NCBI GenBank assembly: GCA_028826165.1
Contig: JAPDFW010000107.1
Span: 124,001 to 188,000, forward strand
DNA: 64,000 bases
Origin: Anaeramoeba ignava BMAN
Lineage: Eukaryota > Protista > Anaeramoebae
Reading direction: 5' to 3'
The notes below the pieces were generated by a model. The model had not been told where the DNA came from and did not search any database. It was given only the letters and a program-made list of their open reading frames with translations. A program made the position numbers and the translations under genes. Below are positions 40,035 through 54,332 of the stretch, piece after piece (the stretch's first letter is position 1; each line of letters begins with the position of its first letter).

Positions 40035-43000
40035 AAAAATTAATCAAGGAATGATTTCAAAAAAGAATTTATTATTAATATTAAATTATTATTATTAAAA
40101 ATAAAGAAATAAAATTAATCAAGAAATGATTTTAAAAAGAATTTATTATTAATATTAAATTAATATTATTAAAAATAAAGAAATAAATTCGAAACAAAAA
40201 TTAGATAAATATTTAATTTAATTTTTAATAATAATTAATTTATTATTTTGTAATAAAATTAATCAAAAATGATTTTAAAAAGAAATTTATTATTAATATT
40301 AAATAAATATTATTAAAAATAAAAAAATAAATTTGAAACAAAAATTAGATAAATATTTAATTTAATTTTTAAATTATAATTAATTTATTATTTTGCAATA
40401 AAATTAATTAAGAAATGATTTTAAAAAGAATTTATTATTAATATTAAATAAATATTATTAAAAATAAAAGAAATAAATTTAATTAAAATATTTTATTTAT
40501 TATTTTATTTAATTTTTAATTATAATTAATTTATTATTTTGCAATAAAATTAATTAAGAAATGATTTTAAAAAGAATTTATTATTAATATTAAATTAATA
40601 TTATTAAAAATAAAGAAATAAATTTAATTAAAATATTTTATTTATTATTTTATTTAATTTTTAATTATAATTAATTTATTATTTTTGCAATAAAATTAAT
40701 TAAGGAATGATTTTAAAAAAGAATTTATTATTAATATTAAATTAATATTATTAAAAATAATGAAATAAATTTGAAACAAAAATTAGATAAAAATTTAATT
40801 TAATTTTTAATTATAATTTATTTATTATTTTGCAATAAAATTAATTAAGAAATGATTTAAAAAGAATTTATTATTAATATTAAATAAATGTTATTAAAAA
40901 TAATGAAATAAATTTGAAACAAAAATTAGATAAAAATTTAATTTAATTTTTAATTATAATTTATTTACTATTTTGCAATAAAATTAATTAAGAAATAATT
41001 TTAAAAAGAATTTATTATTAATATTAAATTAATATTATTAAAAATAAAGAAATAAATTTAATTAAAATATTTTATTTATTATTTTATTTAATTTTTAATT
41101 ATAATTAATTTATTATTTTGCAATAAAATTAATTAAGAAATGATTTCAAAAAGAATTTATTATTAATATTAAATAAATATTATTAAAAATAAAGAAATAA
41201 AATTGAAACAAAAATTAGATAAAAATTTAATTTAATTTTTAATTATAATTTATTTACTATTTTGCAATAAAATTAATTAAGAAATGATTTAAAAAGAATT
41301 TATTATTAATATTAAATAAATGTTATTAAAAATAATGAAATAAATTTGAAACAAAAATTAGATAAAAATTTAATTTAATTTTTAATTATAATTTATTTAC
41401 TATTTTGCAATAAAATTAATTAAGAAATAATTTTAAAAAGAATTTATTATTAATATTAAATAAATGTTATTAAAAATAATGAAATAAATTTAAAACAAAA
41501 ATTAAATAAAAATTTAATTTAATTTTTAATAATTATTAATTTATTATTTTGCAATAAAATTAATTAAGAAATAATTTTAAAAAGAATTTATTATTAATAT
41601 TAAATTAATATTATTAAAATTAAAGAAATAAATTCGAAACAAAAATTAGATAAATATTTAATTTAATTTTTAATAATAATTAATTTATTATTTTGCAATA
41701 AAATTAATCAAGAAATGATTTTAAAAAGAATTTATTATTAATATTAAATTAATATTATTAAAAATAAAGAAATAAATTTGAAACAAAAATTAGATAAAAA
41801 TTTAATTTAATTTTTAATTATAATTAATTTACTATTTTGCAATAAAATTAATTAAGAAATTATTTTAAAAAGAATTTATTATTAATATTAAATTAATATT
41901 ATTAAAAATAAAGAAATAAATTTGAAACAAAAATTAGATAAAAATTTAATTTAATTTTTAATTATAATTTATTTATTATTTTGCAATAAAATTAATTAAG
42001 AAATGATTTAAAAAGAATTTATTATTAATATTAAATTATTATTATTAAAAATTAATGAAATTATTAATTAAAATATTTTATTTATTATTTTATTTAATTT
42101 TTAATTATAATTAATTTACTATTTTGCAATAAAATTAATCAAAAATGATTTTAAAAAGAATTTATTATTAATATTAAATTAAATATTATTAAAAATAATG
42201 AAATAAATTTGAAACAAAAATTAGATAAAAATTTAATTTAATTTTTAATTATAATTTATTTATTATTTTTGCAATAAAATTAATTAAGAAATGATTTAAA
42301 AAGAATTTATTATTAATATTAAATTATTATTATTAAAAATAAAGAAATAAATTTAAAACAAAAATTAAATAAAAATTTTATTTAATTTTTAATAATTAAT
42401 AATTTATTATTTTGCAATAAAATTAATTAAGAAATGATTTAAAAAGAATTTATTATTAATATTAAATAAATATTATTAAAAATAAAGAAATAAATTTAAT
42501 TAAAATATTTTATTTATTATTTTACTTAATTTTTAATTATAATTAATTTACTATTTTGCAATAAAATTAATTAAGAAATAATTTTAAAAAGAATTTATTA
42601 TTAATATTAAATAAATATTATTAAAAATAAAGAAATAAATTTGAAACAAAAATTAGATAAAAATTTAATTTAATTTTTAATAATAATTTATTTATTATTT
42701 TGCAATAAAATTAATTAAGAAATAATTTTAAAAAGAATTTATTATTAATATTAAATTAATATTATTAAAAATAAAGAAATAAATTTAAAACAAAAATTAG
42801 ATAAATATTTAATTTAATTTTTAATTATAATTAATTTAATATTTTGCAATAAAATTAATCAAGAAATGATTTTAAAAAGGATTTGTATTATTAATATTAA
42901 ATTAATGTTATTAAAAATAAAGAAATAAATTAATTAAAATATTTTATTTATTTTATTTAATTTTTAATTATAATTAATTTACTATTTTGCAATAAAATTA

Positions 43001-44035
43001 ATTAAAAATAATTTCAAAAAGAATTTATTATTAATATTAAATTAATATTATTAAAAATAAAGAAATAAATTTAATTAAAATATTTTATTTATTATTTAAT
43101 TTAATTTTTAATTATAATTTATTTACTATTTTGCAATAAAATTAATTAAGAAATGATTTCAAAAAGAATTTATTATTAATATTAAATAAATATTATTAAA
43201 ATTAAAAGAAATAAAATTAATTAAAATATTTTATTTATTATTTTACTTAATTTTTAATAATAATTAATTTATTATTTTGCAATAAAATTAATTAAGAAAT
43301 GATTTTAAAAAGAATTTATTATTAATATTAAATTAATATTATTAAAAATAAAGAAATAAATTTGAAACAAAAACTAGATAAATATTTTATTTAATTTTTA
43401 ATAATAATTAATTTATTATTTTGCAATAAAATTAATCAAGAAATGATTTTAAAAAGAATTTATTATTAATATTAAATAAATATTATTAAAAATAAAGAAA
43501 TAAATTAAAACAAAAATTAAATAAAAATTTAATTTAATTTTTAATTATAATTAATTTACTATTTTGTAATAAAATTAATTGAGAAATGATTTAAAAAGAA
43601 TTTATTATTAATATTAAATAAATAATATTAAAAATAAAGAAATAAATTTAATTAAAATATTTTGTTTATTATTTTACTTAATTTTTAATTATAATTAATT
43701 TATTATTTTGCAATAAAATTAATTAAGAAATAATTTTAAAAAGAATTTATTATTAATATTAAATAAATATTATTAAAAATTAAAGAAATAAATTTAATTA
43801 AAATATTTTATTTATTATTTTATTTAATTTTTAATTATAATTTATTTAATATTTTGCAATAAAATTAATTAAGAAATGATTTTAAAAAAGAATTTATTAT
43901 TAATATTAAATTAATGTTATTAAAAATAAAGAAATAAATTTAATTAAAATATTTTATTTATTATTTTACTTAATTTTTAATAATAATTAATTTATTATTT
44001 TGCAATAAAATTAATTAAGAAATGATTTTAAAACT
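40035..44035. repeat. Satellite array, unit about 143-146 bp, about 28 copies, two subtypes
   Basis: The marker TTTTGCAATAAAATTAAT recurs at ~40395, 40541, 40687, 40832, 40975, 41120 and on to ~44002. Confidence 0.95.
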
Positions 44036-44149
44036 TTTATTCATTTTTTTTCATTTTTTTGTTTTTTCTAAATTAAAAAATAAAAGAAAATAAAAGAAAA
44101 AATCAAATAAAAATTTCAAAAACAAAATTATAAAAAAATAAAGAGAAAA

Positions 44150-45500
44150 TGTTAATTAAAATGTAAAATAATTTATTTACATAATTTATAAAAAGAATTT
44201 ATTATCTAAATTAATTCAAAATAGATTTAAAAATGAATATAAATTTAAATCAAAAAAATTAAATTTAATTAATTTAATTTCCAAAAATAAAATACTTTCA
44301 ATATTAAATAATAATATTTAATTAAATTTAAAGTATAAATTATTTTGAAATAAATTAATAATATAAAATATAATTTTATTATTTATTTTCCTTATTAAAT
44401 AATTAATAAAATAATTTAAACATTTTTAATATAAATTTAATCAAAAATAAAATAATAAAAACAAAATTAAAATGTAAAATAATTTATTTAGATAATTTAT
44501 AAAAAGAATTTATTATCTAAATTAATTCAAAATAGATTTAAAAATGAATATAAATTTAAATCAAAAATTAAATTTAATTAATTTTATTTCCAAAAATAAA
44601 ATAATTTTAAATAATATTAAATAATAATATTTAATTAAATTTAAATTATAAATTAATTTGAAATAAATTAATAATATAAAATATAATTTTATTATTTATT
44701 TTCCTTATTAAATAATTAATAAAATAATTTAATCATTTTTAATATAAATTTAATCAAAAATTAAATAATAAAAATTAAAATTAAAATATAAAATAATTTA
44801 TTTATATAATTTATAAAAAGAATTTATTATCTAAATTAATTCAAAATTGATTTAAAAATAAATATAAATTTAAATCAAAAATTAAATTTAATTAATTTAA
44901 TTTCCAAAAATAAAATAATTTTAAATAATTTTAAATAATAATATTTAATTAATTTTAAAGTATAAATTATTTTGAAATAAATTAATAATATAAAATATAA
45001 TTTTATTATTAATTTTCCTTATTAAATAATTAATAAAATAATTTAAACATTTTTAATATAAATTTAATCAAAAATTAAATAATAAAAATTAAAATTAAAA
45101 TGTAAAATAATTTATTTATATAATTTATAAAAAGATTTTATTATCTAAATTAATTTAAAATTGATTTAAAAATAAATATAAATTTAAATCAAAAAAATTA
45201 AATTTAATTAATTTAATTTCCAAAAAAATAAAATAATTTTAAATAAATTTAAATAATAATATTTAATTAGATTTAAAGTATAAATTAATTTGAAATAAAT
45301 TAATAATATAAAATATAATTTTATTATTTATTTTCATTATTAAATAATTAATAAAATAATTTAATCAATTTTAATATAAATTTAATCAAAAAATTAAATA
45401 ATAAAAATTAAAATTAAAATGTAAAATAATTTATTTATATAATTCATAAAAAGATTTTATTATCTAAATAAATTAAAAATTGATTTAAAAATAAATATAA
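44150..45500. repeat. Tandem repeat, unit about 311-319 bp, about 4.3 copies
   Basis: AT(G/A)TAAAATAATTTATTTA starts at 44161, 44472, 44786, 45100 and 45419. Confidence 0.92.
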
Positions 45501-48500
45501 ATATGTTAAAATTAATAATGAAGAAATTAAAATTGAAGAAATATTTAGATATTATTATTAAAGAAAATTTCAAATTTTTTTTGCTTCAAAAATGATTTGA
45601 AATTGCTGATTTTATTCAAGAAATAATTATTAAAACAATTTAGAAAATTGAAGAAGATTATTATTATCCAATAGTAAATTATTTTATTTGATTTAAAATT
45701 TTTTTTTAATTCAAAATCCAAAATAATTAATTATTTATTTAAAAAAGGAATACAATAGAATTTATCAAATAAAAACTCTCAAAATTTTATAAATTATTTC
45801 CTTATATTCAAAAAAAAATAATTTTGAAAATGAAACTTATTATATTAATTGAATAAAATTATGAAACAAAATTCCCAAATCAAAAAATCAAAATTGATAC
45901 ATTCTCTACAAAAAAAGAAATCTAACAATAAATTTCAATTATCAAAAAACAAATGATTTAAATTATCAAATTATTTACAAATTGAAATGAAATTTAAACA
46001 AAATTATAATCAACAAAATAAATATATCTCTTCATAATATTTAAAAGAAATCAAATCAAATTTACATTAATTTTGATTATGAAAATTTAATTGCAAAAAC
46101 AAAAAAAATAATAATAAAAGAAAAAGGAAATCAAATTGATAAATATTCAAGTTTTCACCTTTGTATTAAATCAAAAAAAAATTTCACCAATAACATTATA
46201 TCTCTTTTCTCAATTCAAAAATAATACAATAAAAAAAATATACATTTCAGTTGATAAATTTGATATTAAAACAGAATTTTTGAATAGAAACACAAAGAAA
46301 ATAGATTGAATCTAATTGAAAAAAAAATTTGAAATCAATAAATTAAATATCAAGATAAAACCAAATATTATTATGGAATATTTTATAGAAGAAAAAGAAA
46401 AAAGAACTTAAAATGGATATTTTAAAACAATTCTACATTTCAAAATCAAAAAAGAATTTAACATAAAACAAACAATAATAAGCTTACTGTATTTTCATAA
46501 TCTATTTATTGATATTATAAAGAAAAACCTTTATATTCTCCTTTTAATGTTATTTCTTATTCGAAAAAAAAAGAAGAAGAAGAAATTTGTGTAATTAAAT
46601 TAATAACCAAAATATTTCCTTAAAATCTATAATTAACACATGAAATATTTTATTAATTCTTATTTGTTTCTCTTGCTTTTTTTATAGATCTTATTACAGA
46701 ATTCATTTTATTATTTGAACTAAATGAAAAGTATTGACATTTAACATTACTGGATATTTTAAAAAGAAATTTAAAAGAAGAAAGAAAGAAAGAAAGAAAG
46801 AATTTTATTTAATATAGATTTTTCTATTAAGAAAAAATAGAATAACAATTAAGAGATAATCCACAAATTGAAACATTTACAATAAAAAGAAAAGAAAATA
46901 TTCTTGATTTCCAAAATATTTCAACACTTATTTGATCTTTTGATATTGAATATACAACAATTTTCATTCATTTCCCTTTCAAAAACAAATTTTCTAACTG
47001 TTTACATCATTACATAAATATTTTCTTCCACTTTAATCAATATTTCTCAAATCTCACAATTTTTCAAGATTATTTTATTTTATTTATATTATGAAAAGAA
47101 AGAAGAATTTGAATTATTATCAACAACAAAAATATCTATCTTACATATATTCAACAATTTAATCCATAAACAGAAATACTTATTTCCATTTTTATTATTT
47201 CAAGAATTTATGAAAATTATTTAAATATCTTCAATTTACTTTTGCATTGGAAACACTTGATACATATATTCAATAACTTAAAATTTTAATTTGAATATTT
47301 ATTTATTTCTTGAATCAAAATATCACAAATAAACAATTAACCAAATATTGAAATTATGAAAATTTTTCCATTTTCTTGAAACTGAAAAAAAAGATAAAAT
47401 CAAAATATATTTCTTGAATATTTTTTTTGAATAAAAAATTACTGATATCAATGAATACTTAGTTTCACAAATCTTCACAAAATATTTCTCCTTTTATTTG
47501 TAAATATCAATTATTCAAAATACACACAAAAAGAATATTTTCCACAAATATTTTGAAATTGATGATTAATTACAACTTTTTATATTCTAAAACAAAATTA
47601 ACAAAATTCAACAACATTTTTGAATAATTTATATATCCTTTCTTTAGAAATATTTCCAGTTTCCAGAATATTATTTATTTCCATTTCAAAATTATTATTC
47701 AATTATTTTCTTCAAGAAAAAGAATATTAAATTGAATTGAATTGAAAATACATTTCTTAATAATTTCAATAATATTCACAAATTATTTATTTATTTCAAG
47801 GAAATATACTTCTATTTAATTTATTCAAAAAAATATAACAGATAGAACTCAATTTTATCAATTTAATTTAATTTAATTTAATTTAATTTAATTTAATTTA
47901 ATTTAATTTAATTTAATTTAATTTAATTTAATTTATTTAATTAATACAAAATTATTCTTCATTTCTCCAAAATAATTGATAAAATTACAAAATTCCTAAT
48001 CATAAATATTTATTAATCATTCCATTTTGAAGAGATTTCCATTAATATCAAACAAGAAAACTCTTTTTCAAAATATTAAATTCAATTTCAAATCCAATTT
48101 AAATTCACAAAATTCTAAACAATAACAAGTTATTTCTGTTCATTAATCTTAATTATTTAACAACAACAAAAAAAAATTATTTATAAATTCTAACTTCTTT
48201 AAAATTGAGAAATTAAATCCTTATTGGAAAAACAAAATGAAACAAATGAAAATAATCTTCAAAATCCCAAAATCACTTTTAAATTTCAATTCTCTTTACT
48301 TAAATATTGGAAAATGATATAAATATCAAAATTCTAACTCTTATTGAATTTATTATTTAAATCAATTTAATCAAGAAATATTCAAAATTCTTTTTAAAAA
48401 CATGATATCTGTTCATTTAATTAATCCAAAATATAATCCAAAACAAATTTGATTTCAAAATATTTCCAAATTCACAAATATTATAGAGATAAATCAATTA

Positions 48501-48600
48501 TTATATAAATACTCAACAAATCTTCTTTAAAATATTTATCTTCAAATTTTGGAAGATTTTATTTAATTCTACTTTTGAATAACTTTGAAAAAACTATTTA
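45500..48600 (+). pseudogene. Heavily decayed coding-like relic(s), product not identifiable
   Basis: Non-repetitive sequence with codon-like GAA/GAT/CAA runs but frequent stops, and no ORF of 60 aa or more. Confidence 0.3.
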
Positions 48601-49194
48601 TTATTTATTCATTTATTTATTCATTCCTTTTTTATTCAACAAAATTTCCAAATTTATTTCCTTTATAAACCTCAAACTCAAATCAAAATATTTCCAAAAA
48701 AAGAAATATTTCTTGATTTTTTATTACAAAATATAAAATATTCAAAAAATTTCTTTTTTTGTTAATAGAATTAATATTTAAATTCCAAAAAAAAATAGAT
48801 AGAATTGAATTGTTTTGATTTAAAAATTATTATTAAATTATTTCCAAAAAAAAAATAGAAAGAAATTCAATATTTAAATAGATTTAATTTATTTATAAAT
48901 TCTTTCAAAAAAAATATTTTAATTGATTTTTATTTGGAAAAAATAAATAAATTTAATTAAAAAAATTCAAAATTATGATTAAGAACAATTTTATCAATTT
49001 TATTTCATTTTTGAAAAAGAAATTAAATAAACAATTTGTTTTGAAATTTATTCAAAACTTAATAAATAAGAAATTTTCTTTTTAATTTCTTTTTTCTTTT
49101 TTCTTTTTTTTAATTAAAAAAATAAAAAAAACAAATTTTTCATTTTTTTTCATTTTTTTTTTTCACAAAAGTAAACACAAAGAAATAAAAGTAA

Positions 49195-50335
49195 TTTATT
49201 TATAATTATTATTTTACACATAAATTATTTATCTAAATTATTTAAATAATCAAAATATTTATAAATTATTTATTAATATTATTTAATTTCAATTTATTTT
49301 ATTTATTAAAAAAAAAGGAAAAAAACAAATTAAAAAATTAAAAAATAATTAAATTAAAAATATAAAATTATTATTTTAAACATAAATTATTTATCTAAAT
49401 TATTTAAATAATCAAAATATTTATAAATTATTTATTAATATTATTTAATTTCAATTTATTTTATTTATTAAAAAAAGGAAAAAACACAAATTAAAAATTA
49501 AAAATTAATTAAATTAAATTAAAAATATTAAATTAATATTTTACACATAAATTATTTATCTAAATTATTTAAATAATCAAAATATTTATAAATTATTTAT
49601 TAATATTATTTAATTTCAATTTATTTTATTTATTAAAAAAAGGAAAAAACAGAAATTAAAAATTAAAAATAATTAAATTAAAAATATTAAATTATTATTT
49701 TACACATAAATTATTTATCTAAATTATTTAAATAATCAAAATATTTATAAATTATTTATTAATATTATTTAATTTCAATTTATTTTTATTTATTAAAAAA
49801 ACATATTAAAAATTAAAAAGTAATTAAATTAAAAATATTAAATTATTATTTTACACATAAATTATTTATCTAATTTATTTAAATAATCAAAATATTTATA
49901 AATTATTTATTAATATTATTTAATTTCAATTTATTTTATTTATTAAAAAAAAGAAAAAACAAAATAAATAATTAAAAATAATTAAATTAAAAATATTAAA
50001 TTATTATTTTAAACATAAATTATTTATCTAATTTATTTAAATAATCAAAATATTTATAAATTATTAATTAAAATTATTTAATTTCAATTTATTTTATTTA
50101 TTAAAAAAAAAGAAAAAAAATAATTAATTAAAAAATAATTAAATTAAAATTATTAAATTATTATTTTAAACATAAATTATTTATCTAAATTATTTAAATA
50201 ATCAAAATATTTATAAATTATTAATTAATATTATTTAATTTTTAATTTATTTTATTTATTAAAAATTTAAAAAAAAAATTATTTATCTAAATTATTTAAA
50301 TAATCAAAATATTTATAACTTATTTATTAAAATTA
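49195..50335. repeat. Tandem repeat, unit about 150-165 bp, about 7 copies, just upstream of the kinase gene
   Basis: ACATAAATTATTTATCTAAATTATTTAAATAATCAAAATATTTATAA recurs at ~49217, 49380, 49544, 49704, 49855, 50013 and 50170. Confidence 0.92.
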
Positions 50336-50363
50336 TATCTTTTTTACATCAGTTTCTTGAAAA

Positions 50364-53086
50364 ATGGAAAAACCAGAAATTTGTCCAATATGCTTCCAAA
50401 ATTATTCACAAGAAAGAAAACCAATGATTATTTGCCAAAAAAGCCACAATATTTGTTCTCATTGTGTTAAAACACTTAACAGTTGCCCTTTTTGTAAAAG
50501 TTCATTTAATAAATTCCAACCATTTCCAAATTCTATTTTATTGAAATTTGTTGAAGCAATCCAAAAGAAACCAGAGGAGCAAATCATCCCTTTCATCCCA
50601 TTATCAGAATTAGAAGTTGAACCAAAACCATTTGCAGTGGGAGGATCAGCTCAAATTTTCAAAGCAAAATGGAAAGAAAAAGATGTTGTTATCAAAAGAA
50701 TGAATACAATTTATGATCAAAAAGAAAAACAACAAATTGAAAATGAAATAAAATTATCAATGAATTTATCAGATCCCTTAATTATCAAAACATATGGAAA
50801 AACTGAAATTGACAATATGATTGGAATTGTCATAGAATTTGCAGAACAAGGGGATTTATTACACAAAATTCCATATTTAACATTTGAAGAACAAATTGAT
50901 TACTCATTACAAATTATTGAAGGAATAGAACTTTTACATTCAAATTTAATTATTCATCGTGATTTGAAACCTGAAAATATCTTAATATCAAATAATCAAC
51001 CAAAAATTTCAGATTTTGGAATTTCAAAAATAAGAGAACACACTTTACAAGTTACTTCAGCGATAATTTCATTTGGATACTCTGCTCCAGAACTTTTTCA
51101 AAAAGGAAGTTTTTATGATACATCTTGTGATATTTACAGTTTATCAATGATTTTATATGAAATTTTCTCAAAGAAACAAGCCTTTGAAAATCACACTCCT
51201 CAGATGATCATTTTTAAATCAATGAAAGGAGAAAGACCTGAATTTCCACAAGATTTCCCCAAAGAATTATCTGAAGTAATTAAAAAAGGATGGAGTTCAA
51301 ATCCAAAAGAAAGATGTTCATTGAATGAATTTACTAAATGTTTGAATATGATGAAATCTCAAAGTAATTTTAATTTTTTAATCAAAATCAAAACCAAAAT
51401 TAATTTATTCAAAATTTTGTTTTCAAATAGATCAAAGGCAACCCAAGAAAACAAATCAACAAAAAACAAGACACTCAACGATTTTTTCAAAACCCAATTC
51501 AAGAAATCAAAAAGGTCAATCAATGAATTTCAATTCTACGTCATTTACACAGCAATTTTCCCATTTGGAAAAGATAGAACAAGATTTCAAACAAAAATTT
51601 GATGTTCCTGATATTGTAAATTATTCAATTTTTTTTAAAACAAAAAAATGAAAGAAAATTGGTTGAGAGAATGATTCAATTTAAAATAATTTCTGGAATT
51701 ATCCTAAAACAATTTTTAATTCAAACAAATTTTCCTTTATTCATTTATTTCAAAACGAAATTCAAATTTAGAAAATCCCACAATTTCCTGATTCACAAGA
51801 AAATATCTACAGTAAATTAAAAGGAAAAGTGGAAAATCTAGAAAAAGAAAAACAAGAAAAACAAAAATTAGAACAAGAAAAACAAGAAGCCTTACAAACT
51901 CTTCAACCCTATTTTGAAAAACTTAAAAATTCAATTGAAGAAAATGATAAAGGTATAATTTTTTTTTCAATTTTAAAAACAAAACAACAATTTCTTCATA
52001 TAATTTTTAATAATCATAAAATTATAGATAAAACAAAAGAATTAATGGAAATTGACCTTTCTTTCATATTTCAATGTATGAAGAATTATCCAACAAATGA
52101 ATTTATTCAAGAAAATTGTTGTTTAGCTTTAAGAAAATTTACTGATAAAGAAAAGGGTAAAATAATGATTTAATTCCTTTTTTAAATTTGATCACATTTT
52201 TTTAATTCATTTTTTTATTTAAATTTTTTAAAAAAAAATCTAAAATAAAATTAGTTGGAATTTCATTTAATCAAGGAAATTTGAATGGATTTTCTTTAAT
52301 GATTAAAGCAATGGTTAATTTTCCATTTAACAGATTTCTTCAACTCCAATATTTTTTAGTTATTATAAATATTGGAAAAACAAGTGGTAAATCAAAAATT
52401 AAAATAAAAACAAAACAATCATTTTAAAAAATTTTTTTGAAGTCAACAAACAACAAATTGAAGAAAATTTTGGAATTGATACAATAATTTCAACAATGGT
52501 TAATTTTACAAATAAAGATACTGAAATTTATAACAAAGGAATTGAAACTTTAGGAGTTCTAGGTTTAGACAGAAAAGGTAAATTTCTTTTCATATTTATT
52601 ATTTCACAAACAAAATACAAAAATTATTTTGATTGGATATAAATTTATTTCAATTTGAAAAACAAATATAAATATTAATTTTTATTAACTTTCATAAAAC
52701 AAAATAGAGATTCAAAAACTATTGAAAGAAAAGAAAAGTAAAATTAATTAAAACAACAAAACAACAAAATAATTTTTTTTATTAAAATCTTTCTAAATAT
52801 AAAAAACAAATATAAATACAATTTAATTTAATTTAATTTAATTTAATTTTATTTTTGATTTAGAAATTGTTGAAAAAAGAGATGAAAAGAAATTAAAACC
52901 ATTAAAGGAGGAATATAGAAAATCAAAACCTGTAAATAATACAACAAAAATTTATTTAATTTAATTTAAAAACAAATTTTCTTTTTTAAAAATTAATTTC
53001 TATTTCTTTTTCTTTTTTTTCTTTTATTTTATTAGGGAAGAAAGGTTCATTTTTTTATTAATTCATTTCAAAATATAAAAATATAA
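50364..53086 (+). CDS. RING finger, TKL-type protein kinase, coiled coil and ARM-like repeats, 9 exons
   Basis: Exons 50364-51363, 51431-51615, 51772-51952, 52028-52156, 52255-52386, 52443-52577, 52708-52737, 52864-52931 and 53036-53086 all have GT-AG ends and consistent phases. RING: CPICFQ…[11 protein letters not shown]…CPFC. Kinase: [20 protein letters not shown]. Confidence 0.88.
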
Positions 53087-54332
53087 AAACATAATTTATT
53101 TCTTTTTATTTCAATTTTCATAAACTTCATATTATTTCATAAACAAAAAAAAAATTCAATATTTTCTCTCTATCATAATTATTTTCTCAAATCATAATAA
53201 TTCATTTTTTTTATTTTATTTCATTATTTTTCTTTGCCAAAAAAGAAAGAGAATAAAATTTTTTTAATTTAAAATTTAAAACTAACATAATATTTTTCAT
53301 TTTTTTTGCATTAATAACTATTTTCTTTATTTTTGCCATTTTGGAAAAAAACAAACATATTTCTCTTTTCTCTTTCTCTTTTTTATTTTAGGAATTAAAT
53401 TAAATAAGATTTATTAATTTCAAAAAAAAATTGATTATTATTATTAATTTAATTTAATTTAATTTAATTTAATTTAATTTAATTTAATTTAATTTAATTT
53501 AAAAATAACAAATTATAATTTTTTTATTATTATATTATTTTCAAAATTTGAGAAAGTTGATAATAGAAACATTTATCAAATTAATTAAATTTCTTTTGGG
53601 AAAATTGAAATGATTAAATTTAAATTAATAATAAAAATAAAAGATTAGAAATATATTTATCAAAAAAAAAAACTAAATAATTCTTATATCAAAAATTATT
53701 TGAAAACAAATTTGAAAATAAAGTTTGTTTTTTTTTCTTTCAAAATTTTATTATTAATTATTATTGATTAGATAAGAAATTAATAGAATTCAAGAATGAA
53801 GAAAGATTAACAAAAAACAAAGAGATATTTGATTTCTTTTTTAATAATTATTTATTTTTATCAATAATAACTAAATTCAATTCTTTTTTTTATAATAAAA
53901 AAATTGATAAAAAATTAAAGAAATAAAAAATAGATATTTATTTGATAAAATTAAATTTTCTCTTTTTGAAAAAAAAATTGAAATCAATAATAATAATAAA
54001 TATAATACTTTCTCTAATCATTTATTTTCCCAATTTATTTATATTTTCTTTTTTTGATTAGGATATAATTAATTTAAAATAATTTTTGTTTTTTTGATTA
54101 TTAAATCTAAATTAAATTGTTTTTAATAACAGAAAATTTTAAATCTATTTTATTATTTGGAAATTTATTATTAAAAATCAAAAATATAAATTCAATTTGA
54201 AAATTAATTTATTCATCAAAAAAATTTTTTTATTCATAATTAATAATCCAGATAATATCTTTATTTTCTTTTTCCAATAAATAAATAAATAAATTTTGTT
54301 TTTCATTTTTGATTTAATGAAAAATTAAAAAG

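Noticed and set aside
40035-44035. CRISPR-like array (constant segment plus variable segment)
   Set aside because: The variable segments come in only two recurring types rather than unique spacers, there are no cas genes, and the context is eukaryotic.
46200-46900. Faint TAF2/M1-peptidase-like words (THEI…, TGYFKKKF) in the decayed region
   Set aside because: Too short and interrupted by stops to support a call without a profile search.
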